From Elusimicrobiota bacterium (GTDB taxonomy: Bacteria; Elusimicrobiota; Elusimicrobia; UBA1565; UBA9628), in the NCBI GenBank assembly GCA_016212795.1, contig JACRDT010000007.1:299627-363626 (forward strand): DNA of 64,000 nt, read 5' to 3'. This document shows positions 9,628 to 18,342 of this stretch, piece by piece. The translations under genes and the position numbers were made by a program. The notes beneath the pieces were generated by a model. It did not search any database. It was not told the DNA's origin and saw only the letters and a program-made list of their open reading frames with translations. Positions within the stretch are counted from its first letter, which is position 1. Every line of letters starts with the position of its first letter.

Positions 9628-10088
9628 GCCGGCGGGGCGGTCGGCGGGACGGCCGGGGCCTGCGGCGCGGCGGCCGGCTCGGGCAGGTAGGAGGCCTCGA
9701 TGCCGCAGCGCAGCTGGCAGCCGCAGACCTCGGAGGCGCCCGGGTAGATGGGCTGCTGGCAGATGCCGGTGGCTTCGGTGACGGTCTGCCCGGCGGTAAG
9801 CACGGCGGTGAGCTTGCCCTCGAGGTCGAAGGAGCCTCCCCCGCAGCGGCCCGGGCAGGGGACGGAGAACTCGCAGCGGTCGGACGGGCCGAAGGCGCGC
9901 GTGGCCTTCGAGAACAGCTGCTTCTGGGGTCCGAGGATCTCGAGCTTGACCGTGAGGCGCTCGACGTTGGGGAAGCGCTGGCTGAGCGTGACGCCGCCGC
10001 GGGTCTGGCGCTCCGCCTCCATGTTCCGGCGGACCTTCAGATCGTTCTTGCTGGGGCCCGTGTTCCTGCGTTTCTTGTAGTACGCCAT
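9624..10088 (-). CDS. hypothetical Cys-rich protein
   Basis: 154-aa ORF with a basic N-terminus and 8 Cys (CEFSVPCPGRCGGG...CQQP...CGCQLRCG). Its stop overlaps the MFS gene start. No family recognised. Confidence 0.45.
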   Translation of the reverse strand: MAYYKKRRNTGPSKNDLKVRRNMEAERQTRGGVTLSQRFPNVERLTVKLEILGPQKQLFSKATRAFGPSDRCEFSVPCPGRCGGGSFDLEGKLTAVLTAGQTVTEATGICQQPIYPGASEVCGCQLRCGIEASYLPEPAAAPQAPAVPPTAPPA

Positions 10089-10137
10089 GCCCTATTGTAG
10101 CACATCGCCCCCGGCGTCCGCTCGCGGCAAGGCGGCC

Positions 10138-11520
10138 TCAGAGCTCCACCGCCTGGTGCAGGGTCGGGACCACGACGTTCCACCGCCGCTGGGCGCGCAG
10201 CTTGGCGGCGAGGGCCTCGGAGGCGCCGGTCTCGCCGTGGGTGACGAAGGCGGTCTTGGGCGGCGTCGTCAGGCCCGCGGTCCAGGTCAGCAGCTCCTGG
10301 TAGTCGGCGTGCCCCGAGAAGCCGGCGAGGTCCACGACCTCGGCCTCGACGGGCACCAGCGCGCCGAAGATCTTGAGGGTCTTCTCCCCCTCGAGGAGCC
10401 GGCGGCCGCGGGTCCCCTCGGCCTGGAAGCCGGCCAGGGCCAGGACGGTGCTGCGCAGGGGCAGGAGGTTGCCGGCGTGGCGGAGGACCCTGCCCCCCGA
10501 CATCATGCCGGAGGCCGAGATGATGATGGCCGGCCCCCGGAGCTTGTCGAGCTTCCGGGAATCGTCCGCCGTCCTGTGGGTGTTGACGTTGGGGCCCACG
10601 ATGGTGCCGCCGCCCTTGAGGACGTCGAGCTTGACCTGGTGGTTGGCGAGGTAGCGCAGGTAGATGTCGGTGGTCTTGAAGGCCATGGGGCTGTCGAGGT
10701 GGATGGGCAGGGTGGGGATGCGGCCCGCGTTCTGGAGCTCCTTGAGGATGAAGAGGATCTGCTGGGTGCGCCCCACCGCGAAGGCCGGGATGAGGAGGAC
10801 GCCGCGGCTGCGCACGACCTTCTGGACGACCTCCGTCAGCTCGTCGTGGGGGCTGGCGTTGGTATGGAGCCGGTCGCCGTAGGTCGACTCGATGACGAGG
10901 TAGTCGCTCGCCGGCGGACCCTCCGGGTCGGGCGTCATGGGAGCGTCGTAGCGGCCCACGTCGCCGCTGAACACCACCTTGACGAGGCGGTCGCCGTCCT
11001 GGATCGACACCTCGGCGATGGCCGCGCCCAGGATGTGCCCCGAGTCCAGGAACCGGACGGTGAACCGCCGGCCGACCTTGAAGGGCCGGCCGTAGCCGGC
11101 GGTGGTGAACAGCTTGACGGTGGCTTCCACGTCGGCCTGGGTGAAGAGCGGCAGCGCGGGGGTATGCTGCGACAGCCCCGCCCGGTTGAAGAAGGCCGCG
11201 TCTTCCTCCTGGAGCTTGGCCGTGTCGGCGAGCATGATCGGCAGGATCTCGGCCGTGGGCGGGGTGCAGTGCACCCTCGCGGTGAAGCCCTGGCGCACGA
11301 GCCTGGGCAGGTAGCCGCAGTGGTCGATGTGGCAGTGCGTGAGCACGACCCCGTCCAGGCCCGTGCAGGGGAAGGGGGTGGGCTCCCAGTTCTTCATGCG
11401 CAATTCCTTGAGCCCCTGGAACATGCCGCAGTCGATGAGGAGGTTCTCCCCCCCGCAGCTCAGCAGGTACTTGGAGCCGGTGACCGTCCTCGCGCCGCCG
11501 TGAAAGCTCAGTGTGATCAT
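10138..11520 (-). CDS. MBL-fold metallo-hydrolase, beta-CASP (RNA-metabolising) type
   Basis: Trimmed to ATG 11520 (MITLSFHGGARTVTGSKYLL...). HxHxDH motif THCHIDHCGYLP. The ~460-aa length and C-terminal HGE fit the beta-CASP family. Confidence 0.8.
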   Translation of the reverse strand: MITLSFHGGARTVTGSKYLLSCGGENLLIDCGMFQGLKELRMKNWEPTPFPCTGLDGVVLTHCHIDHCGYLPRLVRQGFTARVHCTPPTAEILPIMLADTAKLQEEDAAFFNRAGLSQHTPALPLFTQADVEATVKLFTTAGYGRPFKVGRRFTVRFLDSGHILGAAIAEVSIQDGDRLVKVVFSGDVGRYDAPMTPDPEGPPASDYLVIESTYGDRLHTNASPHDELTEVVQKVVRSRGVLLIPAFAVGRTQQILFILKELQNAGRIPTLPIHLDSPMAFKTTDIYLRYLANHQVKLDVLKGGGTIVGPNVNTHRTADDSRKLDKLRGPAIIISASGMMSGGRVLRHAGNLLPLRSTVLALAGFQAEGTRGRRLLEGEKTLKIFGALVPVEAEVVDLAGFSGHADYQELLTWTAGLTTPPKTAFVTHGETGASEALAAKLRAQRRWNVVVPTLHQAVEL

Positions 11521-11531
11521 GGTAAAGCAAG

Positions 11532-11537
11532 TATAAT
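11532..11537 (+). promoter_or_regulatory. TATAAT box in the 37-nt divergent spacer between the MBL hydrolase and DinG-like genes
   Basis: A perfect TATAAT stands out against ~70% GC. It lies 21 nt upstream of ATG 11558 with no SD between, so the leader would be very short. The complementary strand reads TATATTAT toward 11520. Confidence 0.3.
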
Positions 11538-11557
11538 ATAGCGCCGTCGCCCAGGCA

Positions 11558-13648
11558 ATGATCATGCAGGTCGATATCGCGCGGTTCCTCTCCTCTGACG
11601 GGCCCCTGGCCCGTCTCGACGCGTCCCACGAGGAGCGGCCGCAGCAGCTCGCCATGGCGCTGGCCGTGCACGACGCCCTGTGGTCGGAGCGGGACCTCGC
11701 CGTCGAGGCGGGGACCGGCGTGGGCAAGTCCCTGGCCTACCTCCTGCCCGGCGGCATCTGGGCCTGCGCGCCCGCCGGCGAGCGGCGGCGCCTGGTGGTC
11801 TCGACCCACACCCGGACCCTGCAGGAGCAGCTCATGAACAAGGAGCTCCCCCTGGTGAGGCAGGCGCTGAGGACCTTGGGGCTCGAGCTCGACTACGCCA
11901 TGTTGATGGGCTCGGACAATTACCTGTGCCTGCGGCGTCTGGCCAGGGCCCGGCGCACCCCCGAGCTCTTCGACCGCGGCGCCGACGCCGTCCTGGAGGA
12001 GGTGCTCGAGTGGGCAAGGGAGGCCTCCAGCGGGCACCGCTCGGCTCTGCCCGCCCTCGTGCCGGAAGGGGTCTGGTGGAGGATCTGCCGCGACCCGGAC
12101 CTGTGCCTGGGCAACGCCTGCGGGATGCGCGAGTCCTGCCTCTACCGCAAGGACTGGCAGCGCGCCGAGGCCTCGCGGGTCCTGGTGGTCAACCATGCCC
12201 TGCTGCTCTCCTCCCCCCGCCTGCCGCCGTTCCAGGCGCTCGTGGTGGACGAGGCCCACAGCCTCGAGGACGCGGCGATCTCCCACTACGGCATCCAGGT
12301 TTCGGACGCGCGGTACGCCAGGGTCCTGGCCGAGGCCGGCTCCTCCGACGGGCGGCGGGGGTTGATCCACCGCATGGGGGGCCTTCCGGACGACGACCGG
12401 CAGAGGGTGGAGGACGCCCTGGAGGCTTGCCGCAAGGGCGGCCAGCGGTTCTTCCGCGACGTCGCCCGGGCGCACGGGCTGGCCCATGGGAGCCGGGTCG
12501 CCGGCGACGGCCCGGCCCGGCCGCCTTCCAGTTTTGATGGAAGCGGCACGTCCGCGCCAGGAACGCCGGGCGCGGCCAGGCGGGGGCAGGGCGTCGAGGA
12601 CTCCCACGCGCGCCGCCTCGCGGCGGGCCATGAGTTCAAGGGGTTCGAGGCCCTCCGCGACCTGGAGGCGGCCCTGGCCGCCGTCGAGCCGTCCTGCGAG
12701 GATTTCGAGGAGGCCGCGGAGCTCAAGGCCGCGGTCCTGAGGGTGGCCAAGCTGCGCCACGACATCGAAGCGTTCCTCAAGACCGGGGACCCCTCGGTCG
12801 CCCGCTGGGTCGAGACGGCCAAGGGCCGCCTCGAACTGCGCGCCTCCCCCCTCGAGGTGGCCTCGAAGCTCGAGCGCGACCTCCTGGCCAAGGGGGTGCC
12901 GGTCGTGATGACGTCCGCGACCCTGTCGGCCGGCCGCGGGCTCAAGGACTTCAAGTCCCGCGTGGGCTTCGCCGGCGCCTCCGAGCTGGTGCTCGACTCG
13001 CCTTTCGACTACGCCGCCCAGGTCGGGCTGCTGATCGTCGACGACCTGCCCGAGCCCCAGCGCGAGGCGGAGTACGACGCCGCGGTGGCCGCGGCGTGCG
13101 GCCGCATCATCGCCGCGGTGCCGGGCGGCGTGTTCGTCCTGTTCTCGAGCTGGAGGATGCTGCGCAGCGTGGCCGCGGCGCTGCGCGAGACGGTCCGGGA
13201 CCGGCCCCTGTGGTCCCAGGGGGAGTCCGGCAACGAGGCGCTCATCGAGCAGTTCGAGCGGGCGGGCAACGCCGTGCTCTTCGGGGTCGACACCTTCTGG
13301 CAGGGGGTCGACGTCCACGGCGGCGCGCTGTCCTGCGTGGTGATGGCCAAGCTGCCGTTCCCCAACTTCGCGACGCCCCTGGAGGAAGCCCGCCGCGGCT
13401 ACATGGAATCCCTCGGCCGGAGCTATTTCGAGGACCACAGCGTCCCCAGGGCGGTCATGAAGTTCCGCCAGGGCTTCGGCCGCCTCATCCGGTCCTACGA
13501 GGACCGCGGCGCGGTGGTGGTCCTCGACTCGCGCATCCTCCACCGGCGCTACGGCCAGGCCTTCATGGAGGCGCTGCCGCGATGCAAGAGGCTCGACACG
13601 GTCTCGGACCTGTCGCGATTCCTCGAGAGCGTGCGCCCCGCGACATGA
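11558..13648 (+). CDS. dinG: DinG/Rad3-family ATP-dependent DNA helicase
   Basis: Walker A AGTGVGKS, DEAH box VVDEAHSLED, a Cys cluster between them (CLRRL...CRDPDLCLGNACGMRESC, Fe-S-like), and C-terminal helicase motifs (FWQGVD, KFRQGFGRLIR). Confidence 0.8.
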   Translation: MIMQVDIARFLSSDGPLARLDASHEERPQQLAMALAVHDALWSERDLAVEAGTGVGKSLAYLLPGGIWACAPAGERRRLVVSTHTRTLQEQLMNKELPLVRQALRTLGLELDYAMLMGSDNYLCLRRLARARRTPELFDRGADAVLEEVLEWAREASSGHRSALPALVPEGVWWRICRDPDLCLGNACGMRESCLYRKDWQRAEASRVLVVNHALLLSSPRLPPFQALVVDEAHSLEDAAISHYGIQVSDARYARVLAEAGSSDGRRGLIHRMGGLPDDDRQRVEDALEACRKGGQRFFRDVARAHGLAHGSRVAGDGPARPPSSFDGSGTSAPGTPGAARRGQGVEDSHARRLAAGHEFKGFEALRDLEAALAAVEPSCEDFEEAAELKAAVLRVAKLRHDIEAFLKTGDPSVARWVETAKGRLELRASPLEVASKLERDLLAKGVPVVMTSATLSAGRGLKDFKSRVGFAGASELVLDSPFDYAAQVGLLIVDDLPEPQREAEYDAAVAAACGRIIAAVPGGVFVLFSSWRMLRSVAAALRETVRDRPLWSQGESGNEALIEQFERAGNAVLFGVDTFWQGVDVHGGALSCVVMAKLPFPNFATPLEEARRGYMESLGRSYFEDHSVPRAVMKFRQGFGRLIRSYEDRGAVVVLDSRILHRRYGQAFMEALPRCKRLDTVSDLSRFLESVRPAT

Positions 13649-13670
13649 ACGACAAGGAGAGGACTACGAT

Positions 13671-14261
13671 ATGAGCACGACGAAATCGATCCTGTATTTC
13701 GACCGCCCCGGGCCCCGGTGCCTCAAGGAGTGCGCCGAGGCGGCGGCCATGCGGGCCGAGTCGCTCGGGCTCGGGCACGCGGTCTGCGCCACCACCTCCG
13801 GCCGCACGGCCCTGGCGCTCGCCAAGGCCCTGCGCCGCGCCGGCAGCCGGGCCAAGGTCGTGGGCGTGGCGTACGCCGAGAACTACGCCCGGCGCTGGGG
13901 CAGGCTCGACCCGGAGGTCGTGGCCCGCGCCGAGAAGCTGGGGGCGGCCTTCACCCGCGCCGGGCACGCCATGGGCGGGATCAACGCCGCCGTCGGCGAG
14001 GACTGCGCCGGCCTCACGCCCAACAAGCTCGTCGCCCGGACGTACTACACCCTCGGCCAGGGCTTCAAGGTGGCCGTCGAGGCGGTCCTGATGGCGGCCG
14101 ACCAGGGCCTCATCCCGTCCGGCGGCGAGGTCTTGGCGCTGGGCGGCACCGCGACCGGGGCGGACACGGCGCTGGTGGTCCGGCCGGCCTGCTCCGCCGA
14201 GTTCTTCAGCCTGCGGGTCTTGGAGGTCGTGTGCATGCCGAGGATCATCCCTCGTCGTTGA
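13671..14261 (+). CDS. pyruvate kinase alpha/beta (C-terminal) domain-like protein
   Basis: AAGGAGAGG SD lies 8 nt upstream. ILYFDRPGP...VCATTSGRTALALAK and the GGTATGADTALVV pattern resemble stand-alone PK C-terminal-domain proteins (from memory). Confidence 0.5.
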   Translation: MSTTKSILYFDRPGPRCLKECAEAAAMRAESLGLGHAVCATTSGRTALALAKALRRAGSRAKVVGVAYAENYARRWGRLDPEVVARAEKLGAAFTRAGHAMGGINAAVGEDCAGLTPNKLVARTYYTLGQGFKVAVEAVLMAADQGLIPSGGEVLALGGTATGADTALVVRPACSAEFFSLRVLEVVCMPRIIPRR

Positions 14262-14280
14262 CGGTCCCTGGGCAGGGAGC

Positions 14281-14286
14281 TATAAT
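14281..14286 (+). promoter_or_regulatory. TATAAT box upstream of the repeat-protein gene
   Basis: Perfect TATAAT 41 nt upstream of ATG 14327, with AAGGAG at 14315-14320 between them. Confidence 0.3.
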
Positions 14287-14326
14287 GATGCAGGTGCCTG
14301 AACAGCCTTCTTTTAAGGAGAGTGCC

Positions 14327-16771
14327 ATGTCGCGGATTCTTGCGGCCGTCCTGTCGTTGGTCCTCGCCGGAGAGCCGGTCCTGATGGCGGCCCAGCCCTC
14401 CGGCCCGGCCGTCGAGCGCGGCGCGTCCGCCGGCGCCGACGAGCGCGAGGCCATGCTCAGGGAGCTCGTGGAGCTGTTGGGGTCGCTCTCGGACGAGGAC
14501 TACACGGCCGCCATCATGCAGGTGCCCAAGGGGATGCGCGGCGCGCAGCCCGCGTCGCGCCGCGCCGCCATCAAGTCTGCCTACAGGACGCTGGCCGGGC
14601 TCGAGTACGAGAAGGCGTCCGGGGAGGCCTCGGGCGACGCTGCGGCGCGGTACGCCCAGGACCTCGAGCGCGTCACCGCCGCCCGGGAGGGCGGCCCGGC
14701 GGCGGGGGCGGCCGGGCCGCAGGAGGCGGGCCAGGCCCTTTCGGTGCTCAAGTGGCTGGCCAACGCGGTCCTGAACTACTGGGTCAAGGGCGGGCAGACC
14801 TATGTGGGCAGGAGGATCAAGACCGGTCCCGAAGCAGCGTCCGAACGTTCGCTGGCCGGGCTGGACATGGAGCTCTCGAGCGCCGAGCTCGATGCCGGCC
14901 GCAAGGCCGAGCTTCACTATAGGAAAGGGTCCCTTTACGAGAAGCTGGCGGAGGACCCGGGCGAGACCGAGCAGGCGCGCATGGCGCGCAAGGCCGAGCG
15001 CATCGGGAAGCTCGCCGAGCTGGTCGCGTCCGTCTCGGACGAGGACTACCGGGAGGCGCTCAAGTCCCTGCCCGGCGAAAGGCGTTCGAAGCTCGAGTCT
15101 CGCGCCAAGGTCCTGCATTCGGCCTACACGACCATGGCCGCGCTGGAGTACCGCCAGGCGTCCCAGGCAGGGACCGACGACCGCTATGCCCAGGCGTACG
15201 AGCGCGTTTCGCGGGAAGGCGCCGAGGCGCTGGCCATCGATCCGGTGACGCTCCAGGAGACCGGCTGGGCCGCGGACCTCTTCAAATTCGTGGGCAACGC
15301 GGTGCTCAACTACTGGCTCCATGGCGGCGAGGACTACATGTCGCGCGGCTGGAAGGGGCGAGGAGGCTCGGCCGGACCCGAGGCCGGCCCGGCGGCTGAG
15401 GAGGCCGGCGCGAAGCTGGGGCCCGGCGGCGAGCCGCAGCGGCATTTCGAGCTCGGCGCCGAGTACGAGAAGCTGGCGGCCGCGGCGTTGAAGGGCGAGA
15501 GCGAGGATGAGATCGCGGCGCGCCAGGCCGGGCGCCTGAAGATGCTCGCCGAGCTCCTCGAGTCGGTCTCGGACGAGGAGTACGCCGAGGTGGTCAAGTC
15601 CCTGCCGTCCGGCTCCCCGGCGCGGTCCCAGAAGGCCTCGCGCTCGAAGATCCTCCAGCAGGCCTACACGACGCTGGCGGGCCTGGAGTACCGCGCCGCG
15701 GTGAAGGCGTCGCCCGGCGAAGGCGAGATCGCCGAGTTCAAGCGCATCAACCGCGAGGGGGCGTCGAACCTCGTCGTCGACCCCGCCACCCTGCAGGAGA
15801 CGGGCTGGGGGACGAAGCTCCTGGGCCTGCTGGCCCTGGGCGGGATGGGCTTCGGGATCTACGAATACCAGCGGCGCCATCCTGGCCGGTCGAAGCCGTC
15901 GACGCCGGCCCCGCCGACGCCGGTCTCGCCGACGCCGAAGCCCGACGATCCCGTCTGCCCCGAGGGGACGGTCTGGAAGAACGGGAAGTGCTTGAAGAAC
16001 GCCCATGAGGGAGGCGGGCGCGTCTGCGTGGAATGCCCCGACCTGCCGTGCGGCTGCGACTGCCTGGGCATGCCCCAGGTCTGCCCCCGTGACCGCGGGC
16101 ACTGCCAAGCCGGCTCGACCTGCGCGCGCCATGCCGACCTGTACAAGTCGGCGGACGGGGTCGAGCGGGAACTGGCGTCCGCGGCCTTGGGGCCCGCGAC
16201 GGCGGGCCTGCATCGGCAACTCGGAGGCCTCTACGAGCGGTTGGCCGGCGCGCAGGTCACGGCCGAGGAAGCGGCCCCGCCCGCCGGGAAGGCGGCCGAG
16301 AAGGTCGCCTCGGCGCCGGCGCGGCCCGAGGCGCCCAAGACGCCGCCCGTCCTCGAGCCTCCGGTCGGGAAGCCCGAGGCCCCGCTCGCCTTGCTGCCGT
16401 CCGGCCCCGCGGGCCGCGACATCATGCTCCTGTGGGACGGCAGCCGCCTGGAGGGCGAGGTCACGGCGGCCAGCCTCGAGAAGATCGTCATGAAGACGGA
16501 CGACGGCATCACGGGCGTCAAGCAGGAGCGCATCCGGGCCCTCATCCTGCGCGGCGCCGGCCTGGCGGCCGAGACCGGGGAGGTCCAGATGCTGGCCTCG
16601 AAGGAGAGCCTGCCGCTCATCGTCAAGGCGGACGGCACCTCGGCGAGGGGGCGCATGGCGTCGGCCTCCCCCCGGCAGATCGTCTTCCGGCTGGCGGACG
16701 GCATCCTCACCTACGCCCGCGGCGACGTCCGCGCCGTGGTGTTCCCGGTGGCCGGCAAGAAGCCCAAGTAG
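14327..16771 (+). CDS. secreted/membrane protein with three ~180-aa tandem repeats, one TM, a Pro-rich and Cys-rich linker and a duplicated C-terminal beta-like module
   Basis: Trimmed from the 1017-aa ORF to ATG 14327 (AAGGAG 6 nt upstream; MSRILAAVLSLVLAGEPVLMAA signal). The unit (L.EL..S.SDE.Y......P.........IL..AYTT.A.LEY..A ... NAVLNYW..GG..Y) recurs three times. TM is LLGLLALGGMGFGIY. The Cys-rich stretch is CPEGTVWKNGKC...CVECPDLPCGCDCLGMPQVC. Confidence 0.7.
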   Translation: MSRILAAVLSLVLAGEPVLMAAQPSGPAVERGASAGADEREAMLRELVELLGSLSDEDYTAAIMQVPKGMRGAQPASRRAAIKSAYRTLAGLEYEKASGEASGDAAARYAQDLERVTAAREGGPAAGAAGPQEAGQALSVLKWLANAVLNYWVKGGQTYVGRRIKTGPEAASERSLAGLDMELSSAELDAGRKAELHYRKGSLYEKLAEDPGETEQARMARKAERIGKLAELVASVSDEDYREALKSLPGERRSKLESRAKVLHSAYTTMAALEYRQASQAGTDDRYAQAYERVSREGAEALAIDPVTLQETGWAADLFKFVGNAVLNYWLHGGEDYMSRGWKGRGGSAGPEAGPAAEEAGAKLGPGGEPQRHFELGAEYEKLAAAALKGESEDEIAARQAGRLKMLAELLESVSDEEYAEVVKSLPSGSPARSQKASRSKILQQAYTTLAGLEYRAAVKASPGEGEIAEFKRINREGASNLVVDPATLQETGWGTKLLGLLALGGMGFGIYEYQRRHPGRSKPSTPAPPTPVSPTPKPDDPVCPEGTVWKNGKCLKNAHEGGGRVCVECPDLPCGCDCLGMPQVCPRDRGHCQAGSTCARHADLYKSADGVERELASAALGPATAGLHRQLGGLYERLAGAQVTAEEAAPPAGKAAEKVASAPARPEAPKTPPVLEPPVGKPEAPLALLPSGPAGRDIMLLWDGSRLEGEVTAASLEKIVMKTDDGITGVKQERIRALILRGAGLAAETGEVQMLASKESLPLIVKADGTSARGRMASASPRQIVFRLADGILTYARGDVRAVVFPVAGKKPK

Positions 16772-16940
16772 AGGGCGCGAGAGATCCTCTTCGGGGGTGA
16801 CAGCGAGGCGTCCAGCGGAGCTGGAAAGCCGAGCGTCGCGAGGGGGCAGCGCCCCATGAGCGAGGAGCGCCCGCGCGGAGCGCTTCCATCGGAGCGCGGG
16901 TCTTCAGACCCGAACGCGGAGCGTGAGGGCGCGACAAGGA

Positions 16941-17027
16941 CGGAGAGAGAGGGATTCGAACCCTCGATACCCTTTCGAGTATACAGGTTTAGCAAACCTG
17001 CGCCTTAAGCCCCTCGGCCATCTCTCC
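16941..17027 (-). tRNA. tRNA-Ser (anticodon GCU)
   Basis: The reverse complement reads GGAGAGATGGCCGAGGGGCTTAAGGCGCAGGTTTGCTAAACCTGTATACTCGAAAGGGTATCGAGGGTTCGAATCCCTCTCTCTCCG. It has a 7-bp acceptor stem (GGAGAGA/TCTCTCC), anticodon stem CAGGT/ACCTG with loop TTGCTAA, a long variable arm and T-loop GGTTCGAATCC. CCA is not encoded. Confidence 0.93.
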
Positions 17028-17052
17028 TTAAGCCGGTATTACAACACTTTTT

Positions 17053-17313
17053 CTACATTACGACAAAACGGCAGAAACGCGAGCATGGCAGAATCATGCC
17101 ATGACTCGCCCCATAATGTCCTAGAAGCTCCGCCACCGTTTTCAGGTCTACCCCCTTCATCACTAGCTCGCTTGCGAAACTGTGCCGCAGGTCGTGAAAG
17201 CGAAAGTCTCTCAGCCCTACCGCCTCGAACGCCTTCTCCCGATGTCGAATCTTACCACTTTTGGTGCGCCGAAGCTCAAGGGTGTTCGCGTTCTGGTCAA
17301 TGTCAGCCCTCCG
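17053..17313 (-). pseudogene. tyrosine recombinase (phage-type integrase) C-terminal fragment
   Basis: The minus-strand frame between stops reads [77 protein letters not shown]. The HDLRH and LLGH boxes are present, but the N-terminal ~250 aa and the final catalytic Tyr context are missing. There is no start codon, and it lies directly 5' of tRNA-Ser. Confidence 0.7.
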
Positions 17314-17406
17314 TCAAGTGGTACAATGCCTCCCGGCCCACAAGGCCCGATGTCCGCGAGCATCGGAGCGGTTTGGCCGCTCTCTCGCGGAGGCGGCTCA
17401 GTTTTC

Positions 17407-17934
17407 ATGAGAGACCTGATACCCATCGAGACAATCGAACAGCGCATCTACCTGCTTCGAGGACAGAAGGTCATGCTGAGCATGGACCTGGCAAGACTCT
17501 ACGGCGTGGAAACCCGCGTGCTCAACCAGGCCGTCAAACGCAATGCCAAACGGTTCCCCGGCGATTTCATGTTCATGCTGACCCCAAGGGAAGCCGGCCT
17601 CCTGGTATCACAGAATGTGATACCCCACCGGAAGCATCTCGGAGGACACCTCCCCTATGCCTTCACCGAGCATGGGGCCGTCATGCTCGCCAGTGTCCTC
17701 AACAGCCCCATCGCCGTCGAGGCCAGCATCCAGGTGGTGCGGGCCTTCGTGCGGTTGCGACGCATGGTATCCGCCAGCAGGACGCTAGCCCGCAGGCTCG
17801 ACGGATTGGAGCGCGAGGTCAAGTCCCACGGCACGCACATTCAAAGCATCTTCTCCCTCATTGGCCGCCTCATGGACTCGCCGGCCAAGCCGCGCAGGCA
17901 AATAGGATTCACGCCGCCCGAGAAGCCAGGCTAG
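17407..17934 (+). CDS. ORF6N (KilA-N-related) domain protein
   Basis: Internal ATG 17407. IYLLRGQKVMLSMDLARLYGVETRVLNQAVKRNAKRFPGDFMFML matches the ORF6N DNA-binding domain common in mobile elements. Confidence 0.75.
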   Translation: MRDLIPIETIEQRIYLLRGQKVMLSMDLARLYGVETRVLNQAVKRNAKRFPGDFMFMLTPREAGLLVSQNVIPHRKHLGGHLPYAFTEHGAVMLASVLNSPIAVEASIQVVRAFVRLRRMVSASRTLARRLDGLEREVKSHGTHIQSIFSLIGRLMDSPAKPRRQIGFTPPEKPG

Positions 17935-17968
17935 CGCTTTTCGCGGCCGTCTGACAACGCCGGCCGGG

Positions 17969-18301
17969 TCAGATCCCGAGCCGGGCCAGCATCGTGCAGA
18001 TGTTGTTGACGGCCTCCACGAGCTCCGGGTGCGAGGCTTCGAACCCCTTGCTCGAGAGGGAGAGCCCCTCGACCGTGTGCTCGAGCATGCCCTCGGGCTT
18101 CTCCTGGCGGGTGGCCTCGTGGGCGGCCAGCGCGGCGTAGCCGGCGATGCTGTGGGCATGCTCGCCGTGCGTGCGCGAGAGGCGGTCGACCTCGGCCTTG
18201 AGCGTCCGGAGCAGCTTCAGCAGCTCCTGTTTCTTCTCGCCGTCCGGGGTCTGGAGGCTCCCGACGGCGAGTTCGATGCGCTTGATCGTTTCTTCCAGCA
18301 T
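17969..18301 (-). CDS. small helical protein, DUF4404-like
   Basis: Trimmed from the 603-aa run-on to ATG 18301 (GGAGGG 6 nt upstream). The 110-aa protein is MLEETIKRIELAVGSL...HPELVEAVNNICTMLARLGI. The family call is from memory. Confidence 0.55.
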   Translation of the reverse strand: MLEETIKRIELAVGSLQTPDGEKKQELLKLLRTLKAEVDRLSRTHGEHAHSIAGYAALAAHEATRQEKPEGMLEHTVEGLSLSSKGFEASHPELVEAVNNICTMLARLGI

Positions 18302-18342
18302 GGCAGCCCTCCGGTCTCCGACCATGATAGCACACAAAGGGT

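Noticed and set aside
10037-13543. 1168-aa ORF on the minus strand, with similar giants at 14045..16219 (-), 25289..27571 (-), 28157..30721 (+), 51148..53484 (-), 53509..56217 (-), 60404..62023 (-) and 3189..5096 (+)
   Set aside because: All lie antisense to or out of frame with genes that have clear family motifs. Their translations are Arg/Pro/Gly/Ala-rich low-complexity strings typical of stop-codon-poor off-frames in ~70% GC DNA. They are shadow ORFs.
13718-14326. 5' 203 codons of the 1017-aa ORF 13718..16771
   Set aside because: It overlaps the pyruvate-kinase-domain-like gene (13671..14261) in another frame. A TATAAT box, AAGGAG and a signal peptide support a start at 14327.
16772-16940. 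GC hairpin CGGGTC-TTCA-GACCCG (about 16896-16911) between the repeat-protein gene and the tRNA as a bidirectional terminator
   Set aside because: The stem is short, with no adjacent T- or A-run on either strand. This is not enough evidence to call it.
18031-18060. cttcgaacccc motif as a possible att-type direct repeat of the tRNA-Ser T-arm
   Set aside because: The match is only ~9 nt and lies inside the DUF4404-like coding sequence, which is too short to be meaningful.
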